Assembly (NCBI GenBank): GCA_963796455.1
Contig: CAWCLO010000004.1
Span: 352,001 to 416,000, forward strand
Direction: 5' to 3'
Source of the DNA: Candidatus Sulfomarinibacteraceae bacterium
GTDB taxonomy: Bacteria > Acidobacteriota > Thermoanaerobaculia > Thermoanaerobaculales > Sulfomarinibacteraceae
DNA length: 64,000 nt
The position numbers were made by a program, and so were the translations under genes. Positions 41,273 to 51,480 of this stretch are shown here, in pieces (the first letter of the stretch is position 1; the number at the start of each line of letters is the position of its first letter). The notes under the pieces are model-generated. The model was not told where the DNA came from, did no database searches, and was given only the letters and a program-made list of their open reading frames with translations.

Positions 41273-42322
41273 TCAGCGGCAGCGGTTGACGATCTTTTTG
41301 TCGATTTTTTTTGGGTTGTCGATCACCACATAGAACTCTTCAATGTACTTCCAGGCCTTGACCCGCTCCTTTGGGTAGGGGAGTGCGTCGTCCATGAAAA
41401 GGGCCTCGATGTCGGAGCGACGTTGCCTGAAGACCTCGAGTGCTTCGGGTAGGAAATCGTTGAGTTCGCAGAATCCCCGATACACCCGATCGGTGACCTT
41501 CCTGGCGCCGAGGCTTTCGCTGGGTACCGCATAGGGTGGGTTGACTACCCCCGTCTGATCGAAATCGAAGGGGAGAACCCGGTAGGCCTCACCATCGTTG
41601 GCCCCGAAAATCGCGACGTTATGGCAGCATCGACCGCCTTTGCGCCCCCTGAGGGCCGACCAATCCGTGTTGCCGATCATGTACTCGAAAAGGGTCAAGA
41701 CCGTGAGGTTTTGCAGATCGAGATCATCCAGGTTCACCGATTCTCTTTCGAGCCACTCCAGGTTCCCGGCCGTCGCAGCACCGTCGATGTCCTCGACGAA
41801 AAAGGCGTACCCGCTCTCCTCTTTGCCGGGATTTTTTGTGTCGCGGAAACTGACGTTGACCAACTGCGCGCGGAGGGCGGGATCGGCCAGCAGAGGGTAG
41901 CTCATGTAAACGAGGTACTCGAGCATCGTGTATTTGTCGTAGTTTCCCCGCAGCTTGCATGGGGTGACCATTCGAAGCGTTTGATGGCCTTCGAATGGGG
42001 TGTTCTGTACATCGTCTCTCTCGACGGTGATCTTGAGCGATGCCAGGCTGCACTCGCGGAGCCTGCTGATGCCGTACTTGCTGCAACGCATGGGAATCTT
42101 TGTACCGTCGCTCAGTTCGATCTCACCGATCGTCTCGTCGGAGTCGCCGGGCTGCGCCATCAATTGTTTGATTGGAGCCTCGATTGTGAGGTCGAGAATC
42201 CCACCGCCGCTGAAGATCGGATCATCGGCACCTTGTCCTCGGCAGACGCTCGCACCGCCCCCAAGAACCAGCGCCATGACCAGCATGATCGCTTCGATTC
42301 GCCACGAGTTGTTGTCGGCCAT
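41273..42322 (-). CDS. Exported hypothetical protein, possibly CotH-like kinase fold
   Basis: EYLVY, FFVED, FEYMIGNTDWS, CCHN, PFDFD; hydrophobic N-terminus. Confidence 0.65.
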   Translation of the reverse strand: MADNNSWRIEAIMLVMALVLGGGASVCRGQGADDPIFSGGGILDLTIEAPIKQLMAQPGDSDETIGEIELSDGTKIPMRCSKYGISRLRECSLASLKITVERDDVQNTPFEGHQTLRMVTPCKLRGNYDKYTMLEYLVYMSYPLLADPALRAQLVNVSFRDTKNPGKEESGYAFFVEDIDGAATAGNLEWLERESVNLDDLDLQNLTVLTLFEYMIGNTDWSALRGRKGGRCCHNVAIFGANDGEAYRVLPFDFDQTGVVNPPYAVPSESLGARKVTDRVYRGFCELNDFLPEALEVFRQRRSDIEALFMDDALPYPKERVKAWKYIEEFYVVIDNPKKIDKKIVNRCR

Positions 42323-42567
42323 GAAAAGAGTATGGCGCAGAAAATCCAAAACCGAAAGGGCGGCCCGGCGTCGGGGCGCACGAAGATCGGCGGTCATCTC
42401 GGCGCGCGTGATTTCTACGAGTGGGAAGAAAAATCAAAACAACCGAGCTATACTGCCGCCGACAGCGGGATCGCCCGCTTAATTGAGAATGTCGTGCAGT
42501 GGTCGCTTCGGGGTTGCGGATCGCAGGTGTGCAACACCGCAGATCATTGATGGGGGAGGCCAGGAGG

Positions 42568-43830
42568 ATGGACAAACAAACGCGATCGATCGTATGGGGT
42601 CTCGTTGTCATCTTGGCGGTTGCGGGAATCGCTTCGGGAGCCAGGAAGGGCCGTCTGGTCGGGCGGGTCGTGGATGAAAACGACAAGCCCATCGAGGGAG
42701 TGACGGTGACCGCGACTTCGGATCAGGTCAACGGTTTCAACGAGGTTGAGGTGACCGACAAAAAGGGCGTCTTCAAGATCGACTTCGATGAAGTGAATGT
42801 GGTGTACAAATACCGGTTCGAAAAGGCCGGTTACCAGACGATGGTCACCCAACAGACCTGGCGGAAAGACGGAACGGCTCGTCACGATTTCACCATGTTT
42901 CCGGGACAATCAGCTGCGGTGGAGGACGGGGTGGTGGTTTCGACCTCGAGACCGGCGATCCAGGCCTTCCATGCCGGTGTCGCCTCCTTCGAGGAGGAAA
43001 TGTATGCGGATTCGGTGGCCAGGTTCCAGGAAGCGATTGAGCACGACCCCGAACTGGGTGCTGCTTGGGGAGCGCTGAGTGTTGCTCAGCTCCAGATGAA
43101 AAAATACGCCGAAGCCGCGCAGGCGGCCGAAAAGGCCATCGAGTTGGGTTCCACCACCGTGTTGGTTTATCAGACACGGTGGGAGGCTTACCGTAATCTC
43201 GGTGACGAGGCCAAGACGGCCGAGGCGCGCGAAGATCTGGAAAAGGCGGGGCGTCTGGCCGAGGAGGCCAAAAGGATCTACAACGAAGCCCTGGCCCTCA
43301 GAAAAGCCGGTGATTATGACGGCGCCTACGAGCTCTTCAAGGATGCGGTCGAGGCCGACCCGAATCTGGAGCTTGCGATTCTCGGGGTCGCCACCACCGC
43401 GCTCAAGACCGAGCGCCATGCCGAGGCGGCAGAGGCGGCGCAAAAACTTCTTGAAGACAACCCCAGTCACGAGCAGGCCTTGCGCATCCGGTATAACGCG
43501 GCACTGCAACTGGGCGACGAGGAGATGATCGTCGATGCGTTGGCCGAACTCGTAGTCGTCGAACCCGAAATGGTGCGCCAGAGCCTTTGGCGTCTCGCTT
43601 TGTCGGCGTACGACGCGAACGATATGGAGCGGGCGAAAACCCGGTTCGAAAAGGTTCTTGAAGTGGATCCCGGCAATGCTCAGTGCCACTACTTCCTGGG
43701 TCTTATCTACGTCAACGAAGAGGCCAACCAGCAGGCGATCAAACACCTGCAACGATTCGTCGAGCTGGCCCCGGACGACCCGGAGGCTGCGACGGCGACC
43801 GATCTGGTGGCGTATTTGGGTGGAAGTTGA
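42568..43830 (+). CDS. Carboxypeptidase-regulatory-like domain plus TPR protein, exported
   Basis: GRVVDENDKPIEGVTV, TDKKG-x-F, multiple TPRs; GGAGG RBS. Confidence 0.85.
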   Translation: MDKQTRSIVWGLVVILAVAGIASGARKGRLVGRVVDENDKPIEGVTVTATSDQVNGFNEVEVTDKKGVFKIDFDEVNVVYKYRFEKAGYQTMVTQQTWRKDGTARHDFTMFPGQSAAVEDGVVVSTSRPAIQAFHAGVASFEEEMYADSVARFQEAIEHDPELGAAWGALSVAQLQMKKYAEAAQAAEKAIELGSTTVLVYQTRWEAYRNLGDEAKTAEAREDLEKAGRLAEEAKRIYNEALALRKAGDYDGAYELFKDAVEADPNLELAILGVATTALKTERHAEAAEAAQKLLEDNPSHEQALRIRYNAALQLGDEEMIVDALAELVVVEPEMVRQSLWRLALSAYDANDMERAKTRFEKVLEVDPGNAQCHYFLGLIYVNEEANQQAIKHLQRFVELAPDDPEAATATDLVAYLGGS

Positions 43831-44348
43831 CGACCGACCTTCGACGGGTGATAAAAAGTGATTCTTATTTATTCCTTCTTATAGGCAGGTTTTGTCTCAT
43901 AATTTTTCTTTTATCGGGATCAGAAGAATTGATTTTAAATGAGATAACCATTTCTCTAGTTGAGAAAAGGCAATAGAATTCTGTCCAGAATATTGCAGAT
44001 TTGATCTCAACTGTGGCCAAAGATATTCCCCGCAATTTTCGAAGATCGCAAATGCAAGTATTTAAAGAAATACCTAATCTCAAAATCGACTCCGGAAAAT
44101 CGGTTTTCTTATCCGAAATTCCGAACAGATCCTCGGTAGTTTCCTAGGGCCCTCGCCTCCACTATTTCGTATTGGGGTGCGAAATGGGTCGATAGGAATA
44201 CTGGCAAGGGTCGTGTTCTGTAATCCTCTAAAATAATCAAGAGAAATGCTTTAACGCAGATCAGGGCCGCAGTAGATCGTATCTCCAATGTGGGATAGAT
44301 GTGGGTTGGGTGCGGTGGGGTCATGTTCCAAAGTATTTATCTCAAAAA

Positions 44349-44364
44349 AGGCATAGAAATTGCA
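44349..44364 (+). promoter_or_regulatory. Candidate sigma-54 (-24/-12) promoter
   Basis: AGGCATAGAAATTGCA, GG-N10-GC with TTGCA, after a long AT-rich region and about 220 nt before the receptor start. Confidence 0.6.
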
Positions 44365-44583
44365 AACCAGTCCATGCAATGCGATCAATGCATCAGAGCA
44401 TCGAAACAGATTTCAACGCTGCGCGATGGGTCTGTCGACTTCATGTGCGCTGCGGTCGAAGAAAGGAGGGGGACTTCGACTGGCCGCGTGATTTCGGGGG
44501 TTAAAGATTCACGCGGTCCATGATTTGACGATTCGAGTATCGAAACAACTTATGAATCGTTTTTTTTTAAGGAGGAAGAGAAG

Positions 44584-47547
44584 ATGCGAAGAGGAAATTT
44601 GCTCATCGGCGCCCTCGCCATCATGTTGATGGTCGGCCTACCGGCAATGGCGCAAGAAACCACGGATGAAGAACAGAAGGCGATCGACGAAGCCATTCGC
44701 CAAGCCGAAGAACGCTCCTTTGAAGAGGAAATCACGATTACGGGATCCTTGATCCCCCGCGCTGACCTGACCGCACTGAGCCCGGTGACGGTAATGGAAG
44801 CCGAGAAGGAACTCACCTATTCGGGTATCACCCGGATCGAGGATCTGGTCGTCAGCCTGCCGCAGGTTTGGGCGGGTCAGAACTCGACCATCGCAAACGG
44901 TGCGACGGGTACGGCGACGATCAACCTTCGTCACCTCGGCACCAACCGGACCCTGGTCCTGATCAACGGCCGCCGTCTGGCGCCCGGTGATGCATCGGCG
45001 GTCTGGGCACCCGACATCAACGTTGTCCCGCAGGCCCTCGTCAAAAGGGTTGACGTACTGACCGGTGGTGCTTCGACGGTCTATGGTTCGGACGCTGTGG
45101 CTGGTGTGGTCAATTTCGTCATGGACACCGAGTTCGAGGGTGTCCGCGGTGGAGTGCAGTACAGCTTCTTCAACCACAACAACAACAACATGACGGCCCG
45201 CGAGATCAATGAAGCCAGAGGCTTCGACGTTCCGATGGGTTCAACCAACGACGGCTACATGTGGAACGCCAACGTGGCGGTTGGCGGCAAGTTCGCTGAC
45301 GGCAAGGGCCATGCAGCCGCGTACATCACCTACCGCAACATCGATGCGGTTCTCAAGGGTGATCGCGACTACGTGAACTGTGCGGTGAGCGCCGGTTCGA
45401 GCGGTCCGTCGTGCGGTGGTTCCTCGACCAGCCCCCAGGGTCGATTCACCGCCTTCGACGCCGACGGTGGCCGGATCGGTGACTTCCTCCTGCACTGGCA
45501 AGAAGACGGTGGCGACGGCCACTCCTTCAGGGAACGGACATCTGCCGATGTCTTCAACTACGCGCCGTTCAACCACCTCCAGCGTCCCGACACCAAGTGG
45601 AACGCCGGTACCTTCGCCCACTACACGATCAACGACCACTTCGAGCCCTATATCGAAGCGATGTTCATGACCAATTACACCGATGCGCAGATCGCGCCGT
45701 CGGGCAACTTCAACCGGGTCTCCCGCATCAATTGCGACAACCCGATGCTCTCCGACCAGCAGCGCAATATCCTCTGCGGACCGGGCACCGGCTACGAGCC
45801 GACCGACTATGCTTCGTCCTGGATCTTCCGCCGCAACGTCGAGGGTGGTGCGCGGACCAATCAGCTCGCCCACGACAATTACCGCCTGGTGGCCGGTTTG
45901 CGTGGCGACATCAACGACACCTGGGCCTATGACTTCTACTTCCTGACCGCCCAGAACCACCAGTTCGAGTCGTATATCAACGACCTCAACGTCGATCGCA
46001 TTCGCAACGCGCTGGATGTGGTCGGCGATCCCGACGACCCGGCCACCTGGGAGTGCCGTACCGGTGGCGACTGCGTGCCCTGGAACATCTTCCAGGAAGG
46101 CGCCGTGACCCAGGATGCGATCGACTACATCTCGACCGTTGCGGTCATGTACGGCCGCACCGAGACCCAGGTTGCCAACCTGACCGTCACCTCCGACTGG
46201 GAAGACTACGGAATCACGATTCCCAGCGCCAGCGAGGGTGTGCAGGTCGCGATCGGTGCCGAGTACCGCAAACAGAAGCTCATGAACCAGCCCGACGAGG
46301 TTTATCTCAACGGTCTCCGTGCCGGTTCGGGTGGTCTGACACCCAAGGTCGACGGTGAGATCTCCGTCAGCGAGCTCTTCCTCGAGTTCCTGGTTCCGTT
46401 GGTCCAGGATGTGCGCGGCGTGCGCGACCTCTCCCTCGAGCTCGGCTACCGATATTCCGACTACAGCACCTCCGGCGGATTCAACACCTGGAAAGTCCAG
46501 GGCACCTGGGCGCCGACCGAGAGCTGGCGTTTCCGCGCCGGATACAACCGTGCGGTCCGTGCCGCCAACATCTGGGAGCTCCTCCGTCCACAGGGCTTTG
46601 GTCTTGGTGGATCCGAGGACATCTGCGCCGGTGACAATCCTTCGGCGACGCTCGAACAGTGCCGGAACACCGGCGTGACCGATTCCCAGTACGGACAGAT
46701 CTTCCCGAACCCCGCCGACCAGTACAATACGCTTGCCGGTGGTAACCCGAATCTGACACCCGAGGTTGCCGACACCCTGACCGCGGGCGTTGTTTGGACG
46801 CCTCAGAGCATCGCGGGGATGTCCGCGACCCTTGATTACTACAACATCGACATCACAAATGCGGTCGGTTCCCTGGGTGCCGATGACATCATCCAGACCT
46901 GCGCAACCACTGGTGATCCCGTGCTTTGCGGTCTGATTCACCGCGACAGCCAGGGTACCCTGTGGGCTACCCAGGATGCCTACACCGAGACCACAAACCA
47001 GAATATCGGACGGTTGGTCGGCGAGGGCGTCGACCTCAACTTCTCCTATCTCGTCGGCCTCGGTAATGCGGGATATCTGCCGATCAACATGACCGGAACC
47101 TACATGCTGCAGAACCGCTTCACGAATCCGTTGACCGACTATGACTGCGTCGGCTACTACGGATTCCAGTGCGGCCAGCCGGACTCGGTGTGGCGCCACA
47201 AGGTTCGTGGAACCTGGGAGACCAACTTCAACATGAATGTGTCGCTCAACTGGCGCTATATGGGTGGAGCGGACATCGACGATGCCAGCTCGAACCCGAG
47301 CATCGGCAACCCGGGCAACATGGACACCTGGATCGCCAACGGCGTCGACAAGACCCGCGCCTACAACTGGTTCGACCTGTCGGCCTCCTACACCCTGAAG
47401 AGCGGCATCCGCTTCGTCCTCGGTATCAACAACATCTTCGACGAAGAACCGCCGCTGATGCCGGGTCTCGCCGACGAGATCAACCTCTATGCGTCTTACG
47501 ATCCGCTCGGTCGGTACATCTTCACGAGCGTTGCTTTCGACTTCTAA
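44584..47547 (+). CDS. TonB-dependent receptor
   Basis: EEITITGS, plug NRTLVLINGRR and GGASTVYGSDAVAGVVNF, GINNIFDEEPP, terminal Phe; AAGGAGG RBS. Confidence 0.95.
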   Translation: MRRGNLLIGALAIMLMVGLPAMAQETTDEEQKAIDEAIRQAEERSFEEEITITGSLIPRADLTALSPVTVMEAEKELTYSGITRIEDLVVSLPQVWAGQNSTIANGATGTATINLRHLGTNRTLVLINGRRLAPGDASAVWAPDINVVPQALVKRVDVLTGGASTVYGSDAVAGVVNFVMDTEFEGVRGGVQYSFFNHNNNNMTAREINEARGFDVPMGSTNDGYMWNANVAVGGKFADGKGHAAAYITYRNIDAVLKGDRDYVNCAVSAGSSGPSCGGSSTSPQGRFTAFDADGGRIGDFLLHWQEDGGDGHSFRERTSADVFNYAPFNHLQRPDTKWNAGTFAHYTINDHFEPYIEAMFMTNYTDAQIAPSGNFNRVSRINCDNPMLSDQQRNILCGPGTGYEPTDYASSWIFRRNVEGGARTNQLAHDNYRLVAGLRGDINDTWAYDFYFLTAQNHQFESYINDLNVDRIRNALDVVGDPDDPATWECRTGGDCVPWNIFQEGAVTQDAIDYISTVAVMYGRTETQVANLTVTSDWEDYGITIPSASEGVQVAIGAEYRKQKLMNQPDEVYLNGLRAGSGGLTPKVDGEISVSELFLEFLVPLVQDVRGVRDLSLELGYRYSDYSTSGGFNTWKVQGTWAPTESWRFRAGYNRAVRAANIWELLRPQGFGLGGSEDICAGDNPSATLEQCRNTGVTDSQYGQIFPNPADQYNTLAGGNPNLTPEVADTLTAGVVWTPQSIAGMSATLDYYNIDITNAVGSLGADDIIQTCATTGDPVLCGLIHRDSQGTLWATQDAYTETTNQNIGRLVGEGVDLNFSYLVGLGNAGYLPINMTGTYMLQNRFTNPLTDYDCVGYYGFQCGQPDSVWRHKVRGTWETNFNMNVSLNWRYMGGADIDDASSNPSIGNPGNMDTWIANGVDKTRAYNWFDLSASYTLKSGIRFVLGINNIFDEEPPLMPGLADEINLYASYDPLGRYIFTSVAFDF

Positions 47548-47572
47548 TCTCAACAGCCTTCAGGCTGAAACC

Positions 47573-47602
47573 GGCGGTCCCTTCGGGGACCGCCTTTTTT
47601 TT
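47573..47602 (+). terminator. Rho-independent terminator
   Basis: GGCGGTCCC-TTCG-GGGACCGCC followed by T8. Confidence 0.92.
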
Positions 47603-47646
47603 GTCCGTCGTAGAATCATTGAACGGAGAGAATCGTGGAGCGTCTC

Positions 47647-48075
47647 ATGGGTCCCTTGAAGAAGTCATTGCCGCTTTTGATCGTCGGATCGTACGTGCTC
47701 GCAGGGTGTGCGACGACGCCGGTTGGTGAAGAAAAGGGTGGTGACGACATTGCTGCGCGTGAATGCTTCAATGTACGAGATGTGAGAAGCCTCTCGGCCG
47801 TCACCGACCGTTTCGTACTCGCGCACTGCGTGCGGAGCGGACACTTCCTCCTCACCATGGAACCAGCTTGTCTCGGTCTCGAAGACTCGTCGAGATTCAT
47901 GGTCTCGAATGAGTTCAACCGGGTCTGTTCAAACTTTGGGGCCACCCTGACTTACCGATATTTTGATCAAACCCGGTCGTGCCGCATTCTGAATGTTGAG
48001 GCTGTTGAGGGTCGTGAGGCGGCGCAAGAGATAGTCGCTCGCCGCTCAGGTTCCGAGGTGCCCCCGGAGCGTTAG
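47647..48075 (+). CDS. Small Cys-containing lipoprotein (DUF6491-like)
   Basis: Lipobox LAGC; CF-x-x-RD, C-x-GL, CRI pattern. Confidence 0.6.
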   Translation: MGPLKKSLPLLIVGSYVLAGCATTPVGEEKGGDDIAARECFNVRDVRSLSAVTDRFVLAHCVRSGHFLLTMEPACLGLEDSSRFMVSNEFNRVCSNFGATLTYRYFDQTRSCRILNVEAVEGREAAQEIVARRSGSEVPPER

Positions 48076-48096
48076 TCCGCGATTCTTACAAGCTGT

Positions 48097-48789
48097 TTAC
48101 TGAGCCCGCTTCTTGGCTCGTTCGAGCTCGCGTCGGAGGATCCGTGCCTGGTCGCGCGCCCATCGCTGGACGTCGTTCCACACGGTGGCCGAGGTGGTGG
48201 GTGAAGCGCTGACGTCGTTCATGCGGCCGGGCGGTTGGATTCTGCGGCGCTCGGCGACGCGTGCCTGAATGACGCCGGTCTCAGCATCGATCAGTTCGAA
48301 AACCATGGTCGCCTCGCCGACAGCGTTGAGGTGGACATTGCCGCTGCGGCCGACGTTCGGCGGCACATTGGAGACGATATCGAGCACCGCGGCTCGAACA
48401 AGCAAGACTCCGGGTCCGATCGAGTCAGCCACCTCGAAGGTATTGCTACGTCCCAATTCGGCGACGATCGCCTCGCTCACAACGCCTTCGAACCGGGTTC
48501 GTGAATCGTCTGAGATCGTAAAGGGCCCCGAACCGCCGTCGCGCAACATCTGGGTCGTGGTACCGCCGGTGTTGTCGACCGCGCGGAACTGAAAGACCGC
48601 ACTCCACATGTAGAGTTTTTCGTAGCGGGTGATATCCGCATCGGGATGAACCCAGGTGCCCTGGAACTGACCCTTTTCCTCGACAAGGTCATCTTCACCC
48701 GTGATATGGATTCCGGTGGTTTCTTCCTGCGCGAAAGGGCTTCCGGCCACAAGGATTATCGCCACAAAAAGAGATGCTGCATTTTTCAT
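48097..48789 (-). CDS. Exported protein, DUF3313-like
   Basis: Signal peptide; GPGVLLVRAAVLD, GEATMVFELIDAETG; GGAGG RBS. Confidence 0.65.
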   Translation of the reverse strand: MKNAASLFVAIILVAGSPFAQEETTGIHITGEDDLVEEKGQFQGTWVHPDADITRYEKLYMWSAVFQFRAVDNTGGTTTQMLRDGGSGPFTISDDSRTRFEGVVSEAIVAELGRSNTFEVADSIGPGVLLVRAAVLDIVSNVPPNVGRSGNVHLNAVGEATMVFELIDAETGVIQARVAERRRIQPPGRMNDVSASPTTSATVWNDVQRWARDQARILRRELERAKKRAQ

Positions 48790-48889
48790 GCTGATTCCTC
48801 CGGCACCGTGATCATCGCGTTGTGCTCGGCCCATAGTGCCGTTTCAAGAACCCTTCGTCAATTGCGAATACCTTCTCCCGGTGGAGGTG

Positions 48890-49840
48890 TCATCTGGCGA
48901 CAGGGGCCGCCGCGGTTTGCAGGTCGTAGAGAACCTTTTCTTCCCCGTGTTTATCGATCAGACCCTGGAAATGTTTGATCAGCTTGTCCTTCCGCCGAAT
49001 GAGATTCGACATCTCATGACGCTCGAGGTATGGATCGAGTCGGGTACGAAGGGTTTCTTCCTCAATGTCCTGGAGGGCGCTCCATAGCCGGCGTTCGCAG
49101 CGATTCAATCTGTCAGGGGTCCGGAGGCGGGATGACTGTCTGAAGGCACGGCTGTGATCGATGAGCCAGAGAGTCCAATCGCTGCCGAACAGGAGATTGC
49201 CCTGGTTTCGATCGGAGTTGGCAATCAGATTGTCAAAAACCCACATGATCTCCTTCTGCTGGTTGAAGTAGGGCACATCCGGCGGATGGAATCGATCTTC
49301 CTCGATCAGCACGATCTCGGGCTTGGTGCCCTCCAGCCAGATCTGGAGCGTTCCTTCCTCGTCGCCGACCGTGCGCTCGACAACCGGCGGTACGCGGTTC
49401 AGACCGAGCAGTTGGCTGAGTTCATAGGCGGCGCTTTCAAAGATGGCCGAATCCCGGTACTCCTTTGGCCCCCGTCTCGAGCCACCGGCCGCTTCGGCCC
49501 GGACTCTCACGTCGATCATCCTGAACGCGGCGTGGAATTGCACACCGCCGCTTTCGAGCAGAACCTTCTCGACTCCTGCGACGCCGCGACCGATCTTCTC
49601 CCGGCTCAAAACCCGACCTGAAAGCAGGGCCTTCCGGATGGAGGCGTGGTCCTGAAACGGGAGAGGACGGCCGTCGCTGTCGAGGTATTCGAAGGACGGA
49701 CCCACAACATCGTCATCTCCCGTTTCGGCGGGTGCACCGGGATCCGTTGGTGGGTCTCCCGCGAAACCCGCGATCGGAACACACATCCCAGCTGAAAGTA
49801 GCAACACCGGCAATATGGATCTGGCATATTTGAGATTCAT
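48890..49840 (-). CDS. Exported atypical kinase-like protein (PI3/4-kinase/HipA-like motifs)
   Basis: E-x-AAYELS-x-LLGL...VPP, FDNLIANSDRNQGN, LIDHSRAF; signal peptide. Confidence 0.7.
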   Translation of the reverse strand: MNLKYARSILPVLLLSAGMCVPIAGFAGDPPTDPGAPAETGDDDVVGPSFEYLDSDGRPLPFQDHASIRKALLSGRVLSREKIGRGVAGVEKVLLESGGVQFHAAFRMIDVRVRAEAAGGSRRGPKEYRDSAIFESAAYELSQLLGLNRVPPVVERTVGDEEGTLQIWLEGTKPEIVLIEEDRFHPPDVPYFNQQKEIMWVFDNLIANSDRNQGNLLFGSDWTLWLIDHSRAFRQSSRLRTPDRLNRCERRLWSALQDIEEETLRTRLDPYLERHEMSNLIRRKDKLIKHFQGLIDKHGEEKVLYDLQTAAAPVAR

Positions 49841-49938
49841 AATTCGTCTCCCGCTCGCCCCCATCTTATTTGTTTGACGTTGTGCGTTTGATTGACGTTT
49901 ATAACCGGCGCGAATTGTCTGCTATTTCCTCTGTCGTG

Positions 49939-51480
49939 TCAGAGTCTCGCCATCAGGGCCGCATAAATCTCGATGCCGAGCCACAGATTCTTGATCCTCA
50001 GATTTTCGTTAGGGGCGTGCTGATTGTTGTCGTGGTTGGCGATGGGCACGACGACGATCGGTGGTTGCCCGAGATTCTCAGAAAAAACCGTCAGCGGAAG
50101 GCTTCCACCCATATTGGGCGTAAGTACGATCGGTCCTTCCACTGCCTCGTCCACGATCCGCGCGACCGCTCTGGAGATGGGCAGATCCATATCCGTGAAC
50201 AGGGCGGGGTAGCCCATCTTCCAGGTCAGATAGAGCAGCCGTTCGTGATTCTTCCGGGTATCTTCGTCGGGCTCCGTGAAGACGATGTGCCAACCCTGTT
50301 CAGTGATGTGCCGTTCCACGGCGGTCCGAACGGCCTCCGGGGTCACGTCCGGAACGAGGCGGAATCCGACCACGGCCCGGGCGATGGGGGAGATGGCGTT
50401 CTTGGCCTTGGCACCGACAGCTCCGACGGAGAAACCCAGCAAGTTGATGGCGGGGCGGGTGACCCGCTCGGCCAGTGCAATTGGTTGTCCTTCGGTCCAT
50501 CCCAACACAAGATCGTGTCGAAGTCCGGAGTCCACTTCAGGGGCTGCATCGATGGCTTTCCGGGCGGTGGGCCCGGGCGGGCGCACAAGATCGTCGATGC
50601 CGGCCACAAGCAGATTTCCGTCGGCATCCCGCATCGAGGTGATGAGTCGGGCCAGTTGCATTCCGGGGTCGGGTGCCCAGTTTCCATAGTGGCCCGAGTG
50701 GAGCCCGACGGCCGCGCCGAAAGCGGTCATGTGGACGGAGGTCACGCCGCGGACGCCGAAAACCACCTGCGGCAAACGGGTCTGGTGCATGGGCCCGTCG
50801 CAGAAGACCCACAGATCTGCGGCCACGAGATCCTTGTTGGATCGTAGGATTTCGGCGATGTGCGGAGAGCCTCGCTCTTCTTCGCCGTCGAGGAGAATCT
50901 TGATATTGACGCCGGGCTGGATTCCGGCGGCGTCGAGAGCATCCAGGGCGGTCAGCAGAGCCACGATCGAGACCTTGTCGTCCGAGGCCGATCGGCCATA
51001 GAGCCGCCACTCCGGATCGACGGGCGACTCGAGGGAGGCAAGCGGTACGGCAGCGGCGCCATCTTCCAATCGACCCTTTCTGACGACCACTTCGAATGGA
51101 TCGCTCTGCCAAAGCTCCGGAACGACGGGCTGTCCGTCATAGTGGGCGTAGAAAATCACCGTCTTTTCGGTGCCGGCACTGGAGCGCTCGCCAAAAACCA
51201 CCGGTGGGCTGCCCTGGGCGCGGAACATCTGAACCTCGAGCTCTCGCGCCTCAAAGAGTCGTGCCAGGTGGCGGGCGTTTGATTCCATGTCTTCGAGGTC
51301 GGCAGCTGCGTTGGGGAGAGCCACCAGGGTGGCCAGTTCGTGGACGATTTTGATCTCGTTTTGGGATCGGAAAGCATCGACGGCCTTCCGGACATCGGCG
51401 CTGCTCGGTTCGCCCGCGCCAACCGGGGCGCAGATGAAGAGCACGAACAGGGTGAGAACGGCGGTTTGCCGGTGTTTCAT
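49939..51480 (-). CDS. M20/M25/M40 family metallopeptidase, exported
   Basis: YAHYDGQP, GRSASDDK, DGEEE-x-GS, LHSGHYG, NQHAPNEN. Confidence 0.92.
   Translation of the reverse strand: MKHRQTAVLTLFVLFICAPVGAGEPSSADVRKAVDAFRSQNEIKIVHELATLVALPNAAADLEDMESNARHLARLFEARELEVQMFRAQGSPPVVFGERSSAGTEKTVIFYAHYDGQPVVPELWQSDPFEVVVRKGRLEDGAAAVPLASLESPVDPEWRLYGRSASDDKVSIVALLTALDALDAAGIQPGVNIKILLDGEEERGSPHIAEILRSNKDLVAADLWVFCDGPMHQTRLPQVVFGVRGVTSVHMTAFGAAVGLHSGHYGNWAPDPGMQLARLITSMRDADGNLLVAGIDDLVRPPGPTARKAIDAAPEVDSGLRHDLVLGWTEGQPIALAERVTRPAINLLGFSVGAVGAKAKNAISPIARAVVGFRLVPDVTPEAVRTAVERHITEQGWHIVFTEPDEDTRKNHERLLYLTWKMGYPALFTDMDLPISRAVARIVDEAVEGPIVLTPNMGGSLPLTVFSENLGQPPIVVVPIANHDNNQHAPNENLRIKNLWLGIEIYAALMARL

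Noticed and set aside
43865..44523. Small ORFs in the AT-rich region
   Set aside because: No RBS, atypical composition and no motifs; better explained as regulatory DNA
45241..47553. 770-aa ORF antisense to the TonB receptor
   Set aside because: Shadow frame expected from strong C/G-ending codon bias; no motifs
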